A stretch of DNA of 64,000 nucleotides from Chiloscyllium plagiosum (GCF_004010195.1 NC_057720.1:13719189-13783188); one strand, 5' to 3'. Positions 1 through 13,110 are shown, counted from the first letter of the stretch. The notes: generated from the letters alone by a model not told the origin. Numbers and translations are program-made.

Positions 1-529
1 CTGATAGTTTCACAGTCATCATTACGCCGAGACTCACTTTATATTCCATGTTATTTTTATTAATTGAATGTAAATTCCAGCTGTCATCCGCTTTTGTACA
101 TAAAGAAAGGAAAAAGGAGGAAGCGTCTCCACTTTGAGGCAAGCTCTCAGCAATTTTAAATATCCTGAAATGTAAATAAATTGGCCACAGCTACTAGAAT
201 ATTCCTACAGAGGGGGAGATCCTCTGGCTCTAGGCAGCTGCTGAGCTCCTGACACTCACTGAGTGATTCCTGTCAGCTTCTGACCAATGGCGTTCATTGG
301 CCTTTCAACTCTGGCCTTGCTAAAAAAGGCTCAGAGGCAGAATGGTGCCAAGCAAGTTGCCAAACTAACTGGTGTAAGAAATTGCATGTCCCTCTGTCCC
401 AGCACCCACTCACATTGGCCTCCAAGGAACCTGCCCAGTGGCTTCACGTACATTGCATTCAACTACAGTCACCACAGTCCTATTGGACAATAGGGCTGCT
501 CTCCCATTACAGAGAGATGACCAGTGGTG

Positions 530-730
530 TCTTAGCAAGTTTTGAGAAGGTTTGTAGCTCCGGTTGAGGTTCTGGATGTAGGTTTGCTCGCTAAGCTGGC
601 AGGTTCATTTTCAGACATTTCGTCACCATTCTAAGTGGCATCTTCAGTGAGCCTCCAGACAAAGGATTGCTGGTGTTTCCTGCTTTCTATTTATATGTTT
701 GGGTTTCCTTGGGTTGGTGATGTCATTTCC
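530..730 (-). mobile_element. Penelope-like element terminal fragment (family D) with hammerhead motif
   Basis: The reverse complement of 612-647 reads CTGAAGA-TGCCAC-TTAGAATG-GTGAC-GAAA-TGTCTG, a hammerhead core with stem II, within a PLE-like terminal sequence. Confidence 0.6.
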
Positions 731-764
731 TGTGGTCCAGTCAAGGCATTTCCTATAAGAGCCA

Positions 765-1545
765 GGACATCATGCTGGAGCTCTGCAGAACTTTGTCAGG
801 CTTTGGCTGGGGTACAGTGTGTAGCCCTGACCACCACACTATAGGAAGGATGTGATTGCAGTGATGGAGGTGCAGGCGAGATTCACCAGGATGTTGCCTG
901 GGATGGAGCATTTCAGTGATAGAGAGAGGCTGGGTAAGCTCAGGTTGTTTGCAATAGAACAGAGAAGGTTGAGGGGGGTACCTGATAGAGGTCTACAAGA
1001 TAATGGAGGGCATGGACAGGGTGAATTGAAAATACTTGTGCCTCTTAGTCAAAGGATCAAGACCAAGAGGCACTCTTTTAAAGTGAAAGGTAGGAGGTTC
1101 GGGGGGATTTGAGGAAAATTATTTTCAGCCAGTGGTTGGTGAGGGTCTGAAATGCACTGCCAAGGTGGATAGTTGAAACAAGTAACCTCACAAACTTTAA
1201 AAAGTACTTGGATGGACATTTGGAGTGTTATATCATTCAAAGCCATGGGTCTAGAATGGGAAAGTGGGACTAATGTAGGTAATAGTCAAAATGTGTGGCA
1301 CTGGAAAAGCACAGCCGGCCAGGCAGCATCCGAGGAGCAGGAGCGTCGATGGTTCCAGTATAAACGCTCGACTCTCCCGCTTCTCGGATGCTGCCTGACT
1401 GGCTGAGCTTTTCCAGCGCCACACTTTTTGACTCCGATCTCCAGCATCTGCAGTCCTCACTTTCTCCTAACGGAGGTAATAATACATTTTTGGTGATTTA
1501 GACAAGATGGGCTGAAGGGCCTTTTCTGAATGATTCTATGAATTG
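765..1545 (+). mobile_element. Decayed CR1 LINE, ORF2 C-terminus and 3' UTR
   Basis: ORF 852-1112 has the CR1 C-terminal motif RFTRMLPGM..ERLGKLRLF..EQRRLRG; the 3' tail gggctgaagggcct is near 1510; interrupted by a palindromic insert. Confidence 0.85.
1284..1469. mobile_element. PLE-derived fold-back palindrome (family A), ribozyme centre deleted
   Basis: Arm gctggaaaagcacagccggccaggcagcatccgaggagcaggag and its reverse complement ctcccgcttctcggatgctgcctgactggctgagcttttccagc. Confidence 0.75.
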
Positions 1546-2154
1546 AGATGAGAACAAATGGATTGAAACTTGTTGCCAGGCAACAAAGACTATCTGGAGG
1601 AGTCTCAGAAACAGCTGCACTTATAAAGTAAGGAAGAGCATTCCTTGGTACAAATTTAATCCTTGAAGTTGAAAGTTATTAGTTGGTGAAACCTGTAACA
1701 TCTGGTACTGACGATACTACATGGCTTATATGGTTTAACTACTTTTACTCTAAGTTCGGATTTTGCCTAAATTTGATCTTGTTACAAGATGAATGAGCAC
1801 AAAGGTTAATGAAGAAAGGAAGGTTTCTCAAAACTGTTTATTATAGAAACCTCTGTTGATGGTTTATCTGATTGGGAAAACAGCAGAAATTCTGCCTTCA
1901 AATTGAGTAAATGATAAAAAGCAACATGATCAGGCAAAAATGTGATGCTGATCCATATGATCAAATATGAGAATATGACCCAAAAGCACGATCAAGTTTT
2001 GCCAATCATATTAAAGAACGAGATGCAAAGGAAGGGAAAGTGAGAGATTCTGAGAAGGTTAGGAAGGAAACTCCAGAGCTGATTTCAGCCCTAGTAGCTG
2101 AAGCTGAATTATTTTGTACCTTACATGAGTAACTAGACTTCAAAAAATCACTTA

Positions 2155-3050
2155 GAGTCATAGATATGTACAGCAAGGAAACAGATCCTTTGGTCCAACT
2201 CATCCATGCTGACTAGATATCCTAAATTAATCTAGTTAAAAGTCACACAACATCAGGTTATAGTCCAACAGGTTTATTTGGAAGCACTAGCTTTCTGAGC
2301 GCTGCTCCTTCATCAGGTGGTTGGACCATCAGGTTCAACCACCTGATGAAGGAGCAGTGCTCTGAAAGCTAATGCTTCCAAATAAACCTGTTGGACTATA
2401 ACCTGGTGTTGTGTGATTTTTCACTTTGTACACCCTAGTCCAACACCAGTATCTCCAAATCATAAATTAATCTAGTCTCATTTGCCAGCATTTGGTCCAT
2501 ATCCCTTCCTATTCATGCACCAACCCCAAAGTCTTTTAAATGTTGTAATTGTACTGCGCTCCACCATTTCCTCTGGCAATTCATTCCATACATGCAACAC
2601 CCTCTGCCTGAAAAAGTTGCCCCTTAGGTCCCTTTTAAATATTTCTTCTCACCTTAAAACCTATGCCCTTTAGTTTTGGACTCACCTACCCTGGGGAAAA
2701 GACCTTGACTATTCACCTATCCATGCCGCTCATGATTTTATAAACCTTTATGAGGTCATCCCTCAGCCTCTGACGCTCCAGGGAAAACAGCCCCAGCCTT
2801 TTCAGTCTCTCCCTATAGCTCAAACCCTCCAACCTTGGCAACATCCTTGTAAATCTTTTCTGAATCCTTTCAAGTTTCACAACATCTTTCTTATAGTAGG
2901 GAGACCAGAACTGAATGCAGTATTCCAAAAGTGGCCTAATCAATGTCCTGTACAGCCACAACATGACCTCCCAACTTCTTTACTGAATGCATTGACCAAT
3001 AAAAACAAGCGTACTGCACAACATCTTCACTACCCTGTCTACCTGCGATG
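2155..3050 (-). mobile_element. CR1 LINE 3' fragment
   Basis: ORF 2713-2964 (-) reads LYRTLIRPLLEYCIQFWSPYYKKDVVKLERIQKRFTRMLP; the 3' tail is near 2155. Confidence 0.9.
2237..2462. mobile_element. PLE-derived palindrome (family B) with two opposed hammerheads and a 14-bp TSD
   Basis: Inverted arms of ~88 bp; CTGATGAAGGAGCAGTGCTCTGAAAGCTA at 2343 and its reverse-complement partner near 2288-2316; TSD taaattaatctagt at 2223-2236 and 2463-2476. Confidence 0.85.
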
Positions 3051-3542
3051 ACTTCAATGGCTGTAAACCACTTTGAGACATCCTGCACCCATGAGCAGTG
3101 TTAATTAATGCAAGTGTTTCTTTCTTTCTGGCAGTTAAAGGCACAGGGGCAAAGCAGCTGAGGGAGGCAGAAGAGTCCAGAGTTCTGAGAAATGTCATGC
3201 TGGAGTCAGTTCCTGAACTGAGGAGTGCTTAGACCACAGAGGAACATGAACATAGGGAATAAAGTTTTGAAATCAGAAGGTTTCTAGTGTGGGAGCCAAT
3301 GGAGGTCACGATTTGTTTTGTGAGTTAGGATACAGTCAGGAGAGCTTTGGGTGAACACTAGTTTACAGAAAGTAGCAGATGGGAGCACGTTGGAATTAGA
3401 ATCGAAGAGTAGTTGTGTTTGCACTGACTGGCTGAGCATGTTCAAAGGGCCCAACAGCTCATGTTCTTATAACATGGTGGCGATAAAAAACGGGGAAGTT
3501 CCAGTCACAGATGGGCAGAGACTTGAATCTCTGAGCTACATA

Positions 3543-5470
3543 TTAGAACATAGAACATTACAGCATAGTACAAGCCCTTCATCCCTTGATGTTGTGCCGA
3601 CCCGTGAAACCAAACTGGGGCCCATCTAACCTATACTATTCCATGTTCATCCATATGACTATCCAATGACCATTTAAATGGCCTTGAAGTTGGTGAGTCT
3701 ACTACTATTGCAGGAAGCCTGCTCCAACCTCTACTACTGTCTGAGTAAAGAAACTACCTTTGACATCTGTCCTATATCTATCACCCCTCAATTTAAACCT
3801 ATATCCCTCGTGCTAACCATCACCATCCAAGGAAAAAGGCTCTCAGTGTCACCCCATCTAATCCTCTGATTGCCTTATATGTCTCAATTAAGTCACCTTC
3901 TTCTCTCTAACGAAAACAGCCTCAAGTCCCTCAGCCTTTCCTTGTAAGACCTTCCCTCCATACCAGGCAACATTCTAATAGACCCTTTCTGAACCCTTTC
4001 CAAAGCTTCCACATCCTACCTATAATGCGATAGACTAGAACTGTCCACAATATTCCAAATGCTGCTGCATCAAAGTTTTGCACAGCTGCAACATGACCTC
4101 ATGGCTCTGAAACATAATCCCTCTACCAATAAAGGCTAATGCAACTATATGCCTTCTTAACAACCCTATCAGCTTGGGTGGCAACTTTCAAGGATCTATA
4201 TACATGGACACCGAGATATCTCTGTTCATCTGCACTGCCAAGAATCTTACCATTAACCCAGTACTCTGCATTCCAGTTACTCCTTCCAAAGTGAATCACC
4301 TCACACTTTTGTGCATTAAACTCCATTTGCCACTCCTCAGCCCAGCTCTGCAGTTTATCTATGTCCCTCTGTAACCTAAAACATCCTTTGCCACAACCCA
4401 CAACTCTACTAACCTTAGTGTCATCTGCAAATTTACTAGCCCATCCTTCTAAGCCCTCATCCAAGACTTTTATAAAAATGACAAACAGCAGTGGACCCAA
4501 AACAGATCCTTACATTACACGACTAGTAACTGAACTCTATGATGAATATTTCCCATCAACCACCACCCTCTGTCAACAAGACTGTGTTGACTATGTCTAA
4601 TCAACTTATTCATCGCTAGATGATTATAAATCCTATCTGTTATAATGCTTCTCAACGCTTTACCCACGACTGAAGTAAGGCTCACTGGTCTATAATTACT
4701 GGGGTTGTCTCTCTATTCCCATTCTTGAACAAGGGAACAAAATTTGCTATCCTCCAGTCTCCTGGCACTATTCCTGTAGACAATGACGACATAAAGATCA
4801 AAGCCAAAGGCTCTGCAATCTCCTCCCTGGCTTCCCAGAAAATCCCTGGATAACTCCCATCCGGCCCAGGAGACTTATCTATTTTCACACTTTCCTGAAT
4901 TGCTAGCACCTCCTCCTTGAGAATCTCAATCCCATTTATTCTAGCACCCTGTATCTCAATATTCTTGACAACATTGTATTTTTCCAGTGTGAATGCTGAC
5001 AAAAAATATTCATTTAGAACTTCCTCTATGTTCTTTGACACCACGTACAAATTCCCACAACTATCCTTGATTAGCCCTAATGTTACTCTTATCGCTTGGG
5101 GTGGCAAGGTGGCTCAGTGGTTAGCATTGCTACCTCACAGCACCAGGGACTCAGGTTCGATTCCTGCCTCAGGCAACTGTCTGTGTGGAGTTTACATGTT
5201 CTTCTTGTGCTTGCATAGGTTTCCTCCCACAGTCCAGAGATGTGCACGTTAGGTGAATTGGCCATGCTAAATTGCCCACAGTGATTGGTGCATTAGTCAG
5301 GGTAAATATAGGCTAGGAGAATGGGTCTGGGTGGGTTACTCTTCAGAGCATTTGTGTGGACTAGTTGGGCCAAAGGGCCTGTTTCCATACTTTAGGGAAT
5401 CTAATCAAATCATTTTTTTATTCCTGATATATCTCTAGTAAGCCTTAGGGTTTTCCTTGATCCATCTACC
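3543..5470 (-). mobile_element. CR1 LINE ORF2 (tether, RT and 3' end), frameshifted
   Basis: ORF 4682-5107 has DKSPGPDG..WRIANFVPLFK and ORF 4123-4500 has LGPLLFVIFI..SKFADDTK..LQRDIDKL..WAEEWQMEFN; (TAGAACA)n tail at 3543. Confidence 0.93.
5098..5411 (+). mobile_element. tRNA-derived V-SINE (HE1-like) inserted in a CR1
   Basis: A box tggctcagtgg and B box ggttcgattcc, V-domain tgtgtggagttt..tttcctcccacagtcc, CR1-like tail gggccaaagggcctgtttcc and ctaat repeat. Confidence 0.9.
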
Positions 5471-5479
5471 TATATTCTC

Positions 5480-6300
5480 TTTCAATTCATTCTTTCATTG
5501 GATTTGGGTATCACTGGCAAGAACAGAGTTTGTTGTCCATCTCCTTAAACTAAATGAGTTGCTAGGCTATTTCAGAGGGCAGTTCAGAATCAACCACATC
5601 ACTGTGGGTCTGGGATCATATGTAGGCCAGACCAGGTAAGAATAGCAGATCGCCTTCCCAGGATGCTATCTGGGTTAGAAAGTATGAGCTATAAGGAGAG
5701 GCTAGTAAAACTCAAGTTGTTTTCTCTGAAGAAGCTGAGGGGAGACTTGATAGAAGTTTATAAAATTATCAGATGCATAGATAGGGTTGACAGCCAGAAT
5801 CATTTTCCCAGCATTGAAATGTCTAATTATAGGGGACATGTGTGAGAAGGGGAAAGTTCACCAGAGATGTGAGGGGCAAATATTTTACACAGCAAGTGTT
5901 CGGAGTCTGGAACCCACTGCCAGGGATGGTGGTGGAGGCAGATACGTAAGGGGCATTTAAGGGACTTTTAGACAAATACATGAATGTACGAGGAATGGAG
6001 GGATATGGACCAGGGGCAGGCAGAAGGGATTACTTTAATTTTGTGTCATGTTTGGTACAATATCATGGCCCAAAGGGCCTGTTCCTGTGTCATACTGTTC
6101 TAAGTCCATCAGTGAATCAGATTTATTTTGTAAGGTTCAATGATTGTTTTATAGTTTCCATTACTGAAACCATCTTCATCATTCCAGATTATTTTTTATT
6201 TAAATTCCACCAGCTGGGGTTTGAACCTGCATTCCCCAGACAATGAGCAAAAACATGTTGATTACTAGTTAAGTGACATTACCACCATGCCACTATCTCC
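5480..6300 (-). mobile_element. Second tRNA-derived SINE family (family B), split by a CR1 insertion
   Basis: Reverse-complement match to the 8413-8775 element at 5480-5658 and 6103-6300. Confidence 0.7.
5659..6102 (+). mobile_element. 5'-truncated CR1 LINE 3' end
   Basis: ORF 5663-5845 reads GLESMSYKERL..LRGDLIEVYKII; tail ggcccaaagggcctgttcctgtg. Confidence 0.9.
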
Positions 6301-8412
6301 TCCATACTAAGTCCCATATTTGAAAACCAATCTGGACAGAGCTTGCACATCTGGTTATAGCAGAGGTTGGGGTCAATATGCTACAATTTGCCTCAAAGGG
6401 CCAGGAAGGTATGACAATGGAGGAAGCAAAAGGGATTGGATGGAGAATCTGTCAGCATTCCCTCATCTGTTCACTAACCAGAGGGTTCAGCTGGAAATGG
6501 ACATGTCTGGTGCCCAGCAGAGACAGGAGTGGGGTTAGCAGTGAAGGGGCCCACAGTTAAACAGCATGTTGGAACTCAACGTTTAGATTAGTTGGTGAAC
6601 AGTGACCTCGTGAATGAGGGATTGGGAATTGAGTGGCATTTATATTATCACAAAGCACTCTCATAAATGGAACAAAAAAAACAATCTGAAGTTAAATGCC
6701 AAAAAAATCGTCAAAAATAAATGTCGATTATTGCTGTAACCTGTTCATTCCATCTGTTTTCTCTTTGTAATAATTGAACTATTTCTTTTTGTCTCCAGGC
6801 ATTACAAATAAGAACAAATGGTGGAACAACAGACTTCTTTTAGCAACTCGTACAAGAATGGCCACATTCCCAGGGTCATGTCATTTGACCACTGCCCTTT
6901 GACTCCTTACAGGATGTGAGCTCGTATACAACGCTGTGAGAGTTTGATGCTTATTTGCGATGCATCTCCTGTATGGCCTAACATGCCAGATTTCATCAAC
7001 TGAGGGCCATTTTTCTCACAGACTTTATAAAAAAGTATTTTGAGAAAATCCTTTACAGATGTATAATGTGATCTTCTTCAGTGTGTTTGTACTACAATGT
7101 ATAAAGTGCCATGTTTTGATGTCCCTTTCCTTAAATTCTAGGAACTCGTTGTCGGTAAACCTTCCAACCCACATTGAGTAGCATTTGGCATTTTGATCAC
7201 TGTCTTGTCTGTCTCTCCAATCAAATGTTTTCTGGTTCTCTTTCCTCCTGTTACTCTCAGTCCCTACATCCCCCTCTGGATACACTTACTCTCACCTCCT
7301 ATGCCAGTACCTTCTTTAATTCCCAACTCTCCTGCTTTTACAAACACTGCCTCACTGACGGTGCCTTCTCGCTCTCTCAGATCTGCCTTTGTCAGCTCCA
7401 AGGCTTCCCCCGCCTCTGCCACCCCTCACACTATGGTCTCTGTTACCTCTCCTACAGTGAAACTAAAACCGTCTCCTCTGTGTTCTCAATCCCATGGGCC
7501 ACACAACAATGTGAATGTGCCATTTGAACCTATCTGACCCTTCAACTTGGGGTCTACAGTGGGATTCACCACTTCAAGGCTAAGACAGTGTCCCCCTTGT
7601 TGCACCCAATCATCCCTCACCAGATAATCCTTGAGGTCAGCACCAGACAATTCCTCTCCATCACTAATCACCTCTCTATCCCCACCAACAGAGCTCAAAT
7701 GTGAGGAGATCATTAAAATATTCAAAGCAAAAGGATCAAACATAAAACCATTAACACCAGAGAAGTTCTTATTATTTGTCCTGAATTTCTCCTTATCTCT
7801 TAGTTCTGAATCCAAATCACTCTTTAAATTCTGACCATTCAACCCTTACTAGGTTTTTCCTATGTACAAGATGCACTTCTCTCCACTTAAATATTCAAAA
7901 GTTTGAACCATTAGCTGACAATTGTTCCTTTTCATTTCCCTTTTGTCATCAGTGGGTCTCAGCATTCCAAGCTTTCTGGCCTTCCCGTGTCACTTCCTGT
8001 CACAATCATTGCTTTTCCTTGTCAAACTCATGCTCTCCCTATGCAACCCATTCAAGCTCCTTATCCTTTCCTGGTCCTCCAGCATAGGACATTCAATATC
8101 TTCATGACTTCTCATCCATTCTCCCTGTGCAAACCCTTTCAAACCTGAAATCCTGGATATTCATCTGTGCTAGAGAAGAACACTCCTAATTCTCCTACTG
8201 TCACTCAACAAGGAGGATTGGTATTTTGGAACACCATTAACAACAGTAAAATATCGCAGGTCATTTGGCTGGAGCCTTATCAGATAATTAACAGTCAACC
8301 ACATGAGGACAGGTGACTAAAGCTCAGACTGTGAGACTTTAAGGACAAGGATAGAGAATGGTAGACAGAAGATTTGTATAATGGAGGGAATTCCAGAGCC
8401 TAGCGCCTTTAT

Positions 8413-8775
8413 GGGGAAGCAATGGCCTAGTGTTATTATTGCTGGCCTGTCAATCTGGAGACCCAGATAAAGTTCTGGGGACCTGGGTTCAAATCCTGCC
8501 ATGGCAGGTGGTGGAATTTGAATTCAATGGAAAAAAATGTCTGGCATTAAGAGTCTAATAATGACCTCGAATCCATCGTCAATTTTCGGAAAAACCTATC
8601 TGGTTCACTAATGTCCATTAGGGAAGGAAACTGTCATCTTCACCTGGGCTGGTCTACATGTGACTCCAAATCCACAGCAATGTGGATGATTCTTAATTAC
8701 CCTCTGGGCAATTAGGGATCGGCAATAAATGCTGGCCCAGCCAGTGACGTCCTCATCCCATGAATGAATTAAAAA
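8413..8775 (+). mobile_element. tRNA-derived SINE family B, near full length
   Basis: A box tggcctagtg and B box gggttcaaatcc; body tctggttcactaatgtcc..agggaaggaaa; LINE-like tail ..catcccatgaatgaattaaaaa. Confidence 0.8.
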
Positions 8776-9136
8776 GCAGAAGGTTAACAGTGGAGGGATG
8801 AAAATACAGCAAAGGGCTATGGAGGAGTTCAGAGGATTCTCACTCCATTTTCATATCCATGAAACAACTTAGGGCATTTTATAGTATTTAAGGAGCTACA
8901 CAAGTGGCAAGTTGTCATTAGCAACACACTGAGGAGCAACACCTTATGGTAATTGCTAGTTGTGGCAAGTATTGGCTCATGTTCAAATGTGTAAACTCAT
9001 GTAACCCATTCCTCTGTGTTCTGCAAGCTGTGTTTGGAGAGGAAGACTATAGGACTTAGACAGCCAGCCAACCTCTTTGCTTGGTTGCAAAATAATTTGC
9101 CAGACACATGAAGAAGGGGAATGATTTGGCAGTCAA

Positions 9137-9476
9137 TCATCATAGAATCCCTTCAGTGTGGAAGCAGGCCGTTCAGCCCATCAAGTCCACATCTAAAGAG
9201 CATCATTCCCAGACCCTGTAACCCTGCATTTCCCATGGCTAACCCACCTAGCATACACAACCCGGGACACTATAGAGCCATTTAGCCTGGCCAATCTACT
9301 CAACCTGCACATCTTTCGACTGTGGGAGGAAACTGGAGCACCCAGAGGAAACCCACACAGACACAGGGAGAATGTGCAAACTCCACACAGACAAATAGTC
9401 ACCCTTGGCTGGAATCAAACCTGGGTCCCTGGCTCTGTGAAGCAGTAACACTGACTGCTGAGCAACCATGGCACAC
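9137..9476 (-). mobile_element. V-SINE (HE1-like)
   Basis: Reverse-complement V-domain gactgtgggaggaaactggagcacccagaggaaacccac..aatgtgcaaactccacacagac. Confidence 0.9.
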
Positions 9477-12400
9477 AATGGTGTGAGGTTGGTGAGATAT
9501 TCTCTTTACAACAAAAAAAGAGGCATTCCCCTTAACCATCAAAATTTTAGAGTGCTGTAATTTTTTAGACAGCCACTCTTCATTCGATATTTATCACATC
9601 TTGATGACCTCTTATCGGATCGATTCATGAGAAGATATTAAAAGACTGCAATATTTTCCAAAGAATTCTAAATAAATTAACATTAAATGCCATTATGTTG
9701 TAGGCAACTACCAAGCAGTTGCTCATATGACCTTAACAATAAGTCTAATTATACTCATCAATAACATGGAACCATAGATTTACGGGAATGCTCCCAAAGG
9801 GAAAGCATGACCCTGTAGAAACGCCATTTAAAAATAAGTTGATAAAGGTAAAAATGAGCTGCCGTTACCTGAGGGATATTTTAGTAATGAAACAGTGTGT
9901 GTCAGAACGAGTATTAATGGCTGATGAAGCAGACATTTTGATCCCGAGAGGCACCATCATCAGGAAATTTTACCATATTGCAGTAAGGGCTTCTGCTCCT
10001 TTAAAGAAAATGTGGTCAAAAAGAAGCAGATAAGGGTTTCCACCCTGATTTAGTTTGGTTGCTTAGACCGGAGACATGTTTGTCAGCTGTTGAATGTGCT
10101 CAGGTGAGTGTGAATTGTTTGGCACAGGAGCCAATTTGAACAGATTAGTATCGAAGATTTAGACAGTAAAATACACGAGATGGAAATTCTGGCTCTCGAA
10201 AGCAAACTTCAGCAGAAAGGGAAGTTTAATGTTTTCTCTGTGAGTTGTTGAGAACATAACTGCACTCTCACTGGGAGGGGAATTATACCATATAATCATC
10301 TGATGATGTCGTTCACTCAGAGTCCTGTCAGGCCAATAGTTAGACCTGATTTGTGGCATTTTGTTTCCCACATATAATAGTCATGGTTCATATAGCTTCA
10401 TTTATTCATCCACAGCCCAAAATAATCTGTCACAGTACATAAAGTATTTTAATTTAAATTGTTAATCCAGTATTCCTGGATATTCAGCACCATTGTAGAA
10501 ATAAAAAATGCGAACAGATTATTCAATTGTGCTTCCGCAAGCTTAGATAAGATTTTATACAATGAAGAGTTCTAAAGCTGAACAGTAGTTTCATTACTAC
10601 TCAAAATATGGGTCAAATGTTTGTCTAAATATTTAAACAATTCACAGGAATATGCACAATGTCAGTTCAGGAGTTAGAGATGTAATACTGATGAAAACTA
10701 TTTTTCCGTTCATAAAATAATAGAAACCTGATGAGCAGTTTGCTTTTGCAAGTTTCTCTTTGGATCAGCTGTGTTTACGATATGATTGCCTGTCTCCACT
10801 GAAAGTAAGATCAATTATTGAGTCCAACCACTCAAAACGTCTTATTTGATCCCAAGATGAGCATTCAGCTTGTGATGAAGGTTTATAATATATTATTAAT
10901 ATTTATGAATTCAGATCGTAAAGCAGAGGTAAATGGGATTTTAGTTTTTAGTTCGTGAAGGTGACTTTATTTTTAAAACTAATTTTAAGGGTCTGAAAAC
11001 TAGTCCTTTTTAGTATTTGGTCAAAACAGCTTTTCCATAAAATCATGTGACTTAAACTAAGTGACTCGATAAGCTACCTGGTGAGATAATTGCTGAAGTG
11101 GTTACTAAGTTAAGCTTTAAATATCTGTAGTAAGCAAGAACAAAGACCAGGTTTATTCAAGAAAAGAATATCGAGACCAGCAGATTTGCTGTTCAGCAGC
11201 CTCAAAGTAGTGTAAGTCAGAAGAAAATCAGTATGTTAGCCTGCCTATGTGTCTCAGGAAAACACGGAGGAAATCACATCCAGTAAAGAAGTAGAAAGCT
11301 GCTGAAAGTTGAGTAAAAAAATAAAGAGTGATACTTGGACTCGGGACCTGTGCCTTAAAAGGTGACTTCAGTTTTTGCCTGTTGCATTACTCATATTCAC
11401 CCTCTGAACATAACCAGAAGATAGAGATATAACATCATTGTCAAAATATCCAAAGGGAGAAAATAAATTATTTTTATGTAGTGGTCTCTTATGATCTTGA
11501 AAGATGATGGTAACATTAAAAAGGGAATTGGATACACACTCAACATAAACAGAAAATGACAGACTATGGGGAAAGAGCAGGAACTGGGCCAAAATTATAA
11601 CTCATTCAAAGAGATGACACACACACAATGGGCCAAATGGCCTCCTTCGGAGTCAAAGAAAGGAAACATTCTACTTTCAATTTTCACCATATTGTCTTTC
11701 ATGTGCCCTTGCCTGACAGCCAATCCCTACACCCCCTGACTCTCTCCACCCACAACCCCGTTGTTGACTGTTCCATAGTTGAAGTTGACCAATAAGCATC
11801 TCAGCCACAAATTACCATGTCAGACTGGAGTCACAATACCTCTGGTCTATCACAGCGAGGTCTACCATATACCCATAAATGTGTAAGTACTTCCAAAAAT
11901 ACAACAAAGGTCAGGAGTTGGAAAACCTGGTCAATTTCTCTTCTTCTTCCCAGGGTACCATAAGGACTTTTTACAATTCCCATTGCCACTTTGATTGCAA
12001 TTGCTGAGCCAGCTAAGCAAGAATGAAACCAAGAATGTCCTTTGATCACTTGTGTAGCTAAAAGACTACTTAAAACAGGGAAAGGCAAAATGCCAACTCC
12101 TGAAAAGATTATGACACTTTTCCTGAAGCAGATGGGAATAAGGATGGGTTCCAGTTTACACCTCTGTGGTGCATGGAGGCAGATACATTTATTAAACTGC
12201 AGTTGCCTCAGACTAATCTGATTCAATACACAATTTATCCACTTTAGACCTGGTATGAGGAGTCCTTTTGGATGTTTGGGATGTTCAGGTACACCTTGTG
12301 CCCTTTGGAATTATTAAAAATCAACATGAATGTACAGAACCAAATGCGTACACTCATTGGGCTGTCAAGAATATCATGAAAAGGACCTGTCAAGCTCTCT

Positions 12401-12499
12401 ATGCATTTAAAACTCCAGGCCTTTAAATATTTGAATTAAAAACTCTTGATTATTTTGAAAGGCACAATGCTTGCTATTTTACTCTGTCTATCGACACAA

Positions 12500-12738
12500 G
12501 CTTGAGTGAGTGTGGTGTTGGAAAAGCATCGCCAGTCAGGCAGCATCCGAGGAGCAGGTGAATTGACGTTTTGAGCATAAGGCCTTCATCAGGAAGCATT
12601 CTCCTGCATTTCCCGATGAAGAACTTATGCTTGAATTGTCGATTCTCCTGCTCCTCGGATGCTGCCTGACCTGCTGTACTTTCCCAGCGCCACATTCTTG
12701 ACTCTGATCTCCAGCACATGCAGTTCTCACTTTCTTCA
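12500..12738. mobile_element. PLE family A palindrome with degenerate hammerheads
   Basis: gacgttttgagcataaggccttcatcagg ... cccgatgaagaacttatgcttgaattgtcga, flanked by inverted gcagcatccgaggagcagg arms. Confidence 0.8.
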
Positions 12739-12887
12739 TAGGCTTGAGTGATACATTACAGGTTTAGTGTGTGACTAATTTCAAAACCATTCCTTATCAC
12801 AGTAGGGTGCCTGACATTTCAACTTTATTGACAGTTCCAAGTAGTTATAAACTCCTTGAAGTGGGGTTATGAATTCCAAAACTTTTG

Positions 12888-13110
12888 ATATTCATTCGTG
12901 GGATGTGATAGTGGATGACTGGGCCATCATTTATTGTTCATTCTTAGGTATCCTTCAGAAGGTGGTGGTGAGCTGTCTTTTTGAACAGCTGCTGTCCATT
13001 CGATGTCAGTATCCTCACAATGTCCTTAGGATGGAGGTCCAGAATTATGACCCAGCAACACCAATGGAAGGGTGATATATATCTAAGTTGGGATGCTGTG
13101 TGGTTGGAGG
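12888..13110 (-). mobile_element. 3' end of a second non-LTR retrotransposon family (tail shared with SINE B)
   Basis: ttcattcgtgggatgtg..ccttcagaaggtggtggtgagctgtc is the reverse complement of the tail at 34550-34645. Confidence 0.6.

Noticed and set aside
11831..12226. 131-aa minus-strand ORF
   Set aside because: No recognisable domain or splice context, and its non-ATG start suggests a chance ORF.
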